Shown piece after piece: positions 62,491-64,000 of a DNA stretch of 64,000 bases. The position numbers and the translations under genes were made by a program. The notes beneath the pieces were generated by a model, which was not told the DNA's origin, made no database searches, and saw only the letters and a program-made list of their open reading frames with translations. Every line of letters begins with the position of its first letter. Position 1 is the first letter of the stretch. Origin of the DNA: Phoronis australis (taxonomy: Eukaryota; Animalia; Phoronida); NCBI GenBank assembly GCA_002633005.1, contig NMRA01000983.1, forward strand, positions 15,194 through 79,193, written 5' to 3'.

Positions 62491-64000
62491 CTCGAACCTT
62501 CAGCAGCTCAGCAGCATCACGACCCAAGAGAATCTGCACCTTAGCACGCTTGTCGAAAGGAGGTATTGATGAAGCAAGGGATCTAAGATGATGATGATGC
62601 CGTACAATGTCTGGCGTAGGGATTTCTGACTTGTCTTCGGGTATACTGCCACATTCTATCAGCACAGGAAGTTCGGCTGTATCTCCAGTGAGGGACTTCA
62701 CCACTAAATTGTGGACACGCCTCCCGTAGCAAATTTCTGAACCATGACATGTCGTAAGTGAATACTTCTCCCTATCACCTTTAATGTTCAAGTCATCGAG
62801 GAGCTCCGGACTGATTAAGGATGCATTACTCTGGTCGTCATGGATAACATACACACGCCGTGCCTGACGTGGTGAACCCTTCAGAAAAACCTCAGCGAGA
62901 ACGGTTTTGCTGCATGACTTTCCACCCATCCTATGACAAATCGTAGTACACTTGGGCGAAACAGAGGTATCCTCCTCCCCATTCTTAGCCAGTTTTATCT
63001 TTGTCGCTTCGTGAGAGCCCTTATCTGACCTTCTAACCAAATCTTCTCTGTGGAGGACTGAAGGGTGGCGTTTACTACCACACTCCCCACATGAAATGTC
63101 TTGGCTCTTGCAGTCTCGTGCTTTGTGTTTACCTTCAAGACATCTGAAGCATAAACCTGCCTTACGAATTATTTCATTCTTTTCCTCTAACGTTTTCTTT
63201 TTAAACCCGTAACACTGGTTAAGGGTGTGTGCATTACTGTTGTGAAGTGGACATGCTGCATTACCTACTTTCTCTGTCGTTACACGAGTGTTGAGAATCT
63301 TCCTCTTAGAGTCCTGCTGCCAGCTGATACTTGGGTGATTTTGCAGGTTTGATTGTTCGGCAATCATCTCATAAAACTGGGTAAATCTCGGGTATTCTCC
63401 ATTATTCTGACTGGCCCAACGTACTACGACCTTGTTCCACCTGTCCCTGAGGTATGCTGGCAGGTTTGAGATGATGGGATTCATCATAGCAGCGTAATTG
63501 AGGCAGGCCAAACCAGGAAGAATCTCAAGTTGACTGTTCACATCACCACACAAATCAGAAAATTGCTGTAGCTTTCTTGAATCACCAAATTTTGCTGCAA
63601 TTTTAAGTCTTTCTAAAAAACTATTGGCAATTATAGCAACGTTACCAAATCTTCCCTCTAAGGCTGCCCATGTTTCTTCCACTGCTTTCACAGGATTAGA
63701 ATACAGTCTCCTCCTATGGCTTGCCACAAGTTCCCGGGGACGTCCAGAAGTAAATTCCAGCAGATAATTCAACTCTTGACCTGGATCTATGTTAGCATCA
63801 CCGAGCATTGCCTTGAATGAATTACGCCAAGGGTAAAATACTGTCGCATCTCCATCGAACACGTCGGGGTGGCACTTCGGCAGGGCTTGCCGAGCAAGTG
63901 AGATTGCAAGTTTATCGGCAGCACCCAGTCGAGGATCAGGACCAGGTGCCATTTTTACGAAGGGCGAGGCATTGGGGTTTAAACCCTGGGCAGACTTTGT
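62491..64000 (-). CDS. BEL/Pao gag (DUF1759-like plus three Cys/His knuckles) running into protease
   Basis: PDVFDGD...W..SF; LEGRFG; CPLHNSNAHTLNQC, CFRCLEGKHKARDC, CGECGSKRHPSVLH. The triple knuckle is typical of BEL gag. Confidence 0.92.

Larger units (their letters stand above)
55910..64000 (-). mobile_element. BEL/Pao LTR retrotransposon (gag-PR-RT-RH-IN); 5' end beyond the window; mosaic of overlapping contigs
   Basis: Domain order gag-PR-RT-RH-IN-DUF5641-PPT-LTR. Single-N junctions at 56940, 57572, 58865, 60301 and 62490 are each flanked by duplicated sequence. There is an extra partial LTR at 56941-57017. Confidence 0.95.

Overview
AT-rich eukaryotic (animal, probably marine invertebrate) draft-assembly DNA dominated by transposons. 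It has one ~770-nt N gap and eight single-N contig junctions. Host genes: (1) the first three coding exons of a secreted MAM-domain protein on the minus strand (11325->2555; it probably continues left of the window); (2) two intact exons and one decayed-looking exon of a VWD/VWDE-like extracellular protein on the plus strand (53572-55800). Mobile DNA: a 5.7-kb TTAA-flanked Kolobok-like element inside the MAM intron; a 2.4-kb Kolobok carrying a KolX (P2X7 C-terminus-like) pseudogene split by a LINE with a 9-bp TSD, plus a partial second copy; a 5.2-kb TA-flanked TIR element with GCCGACC arrays and a Tc1-like transposase tail; two Academ elements in inverted orientation; two independent BEL/Pao LTR retrotransposon insertions; MITEs, LINE tails and micro/minisatellites. 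The apparent internal domain duplications in the long BEL ORF sit on single-N junctions and are most likely assembly artefacts. I see no convincing previously undescribed system. The best leads are the unusual DNA-transposon architectures. All family assignments are from motif recognition by eye, not database searches.
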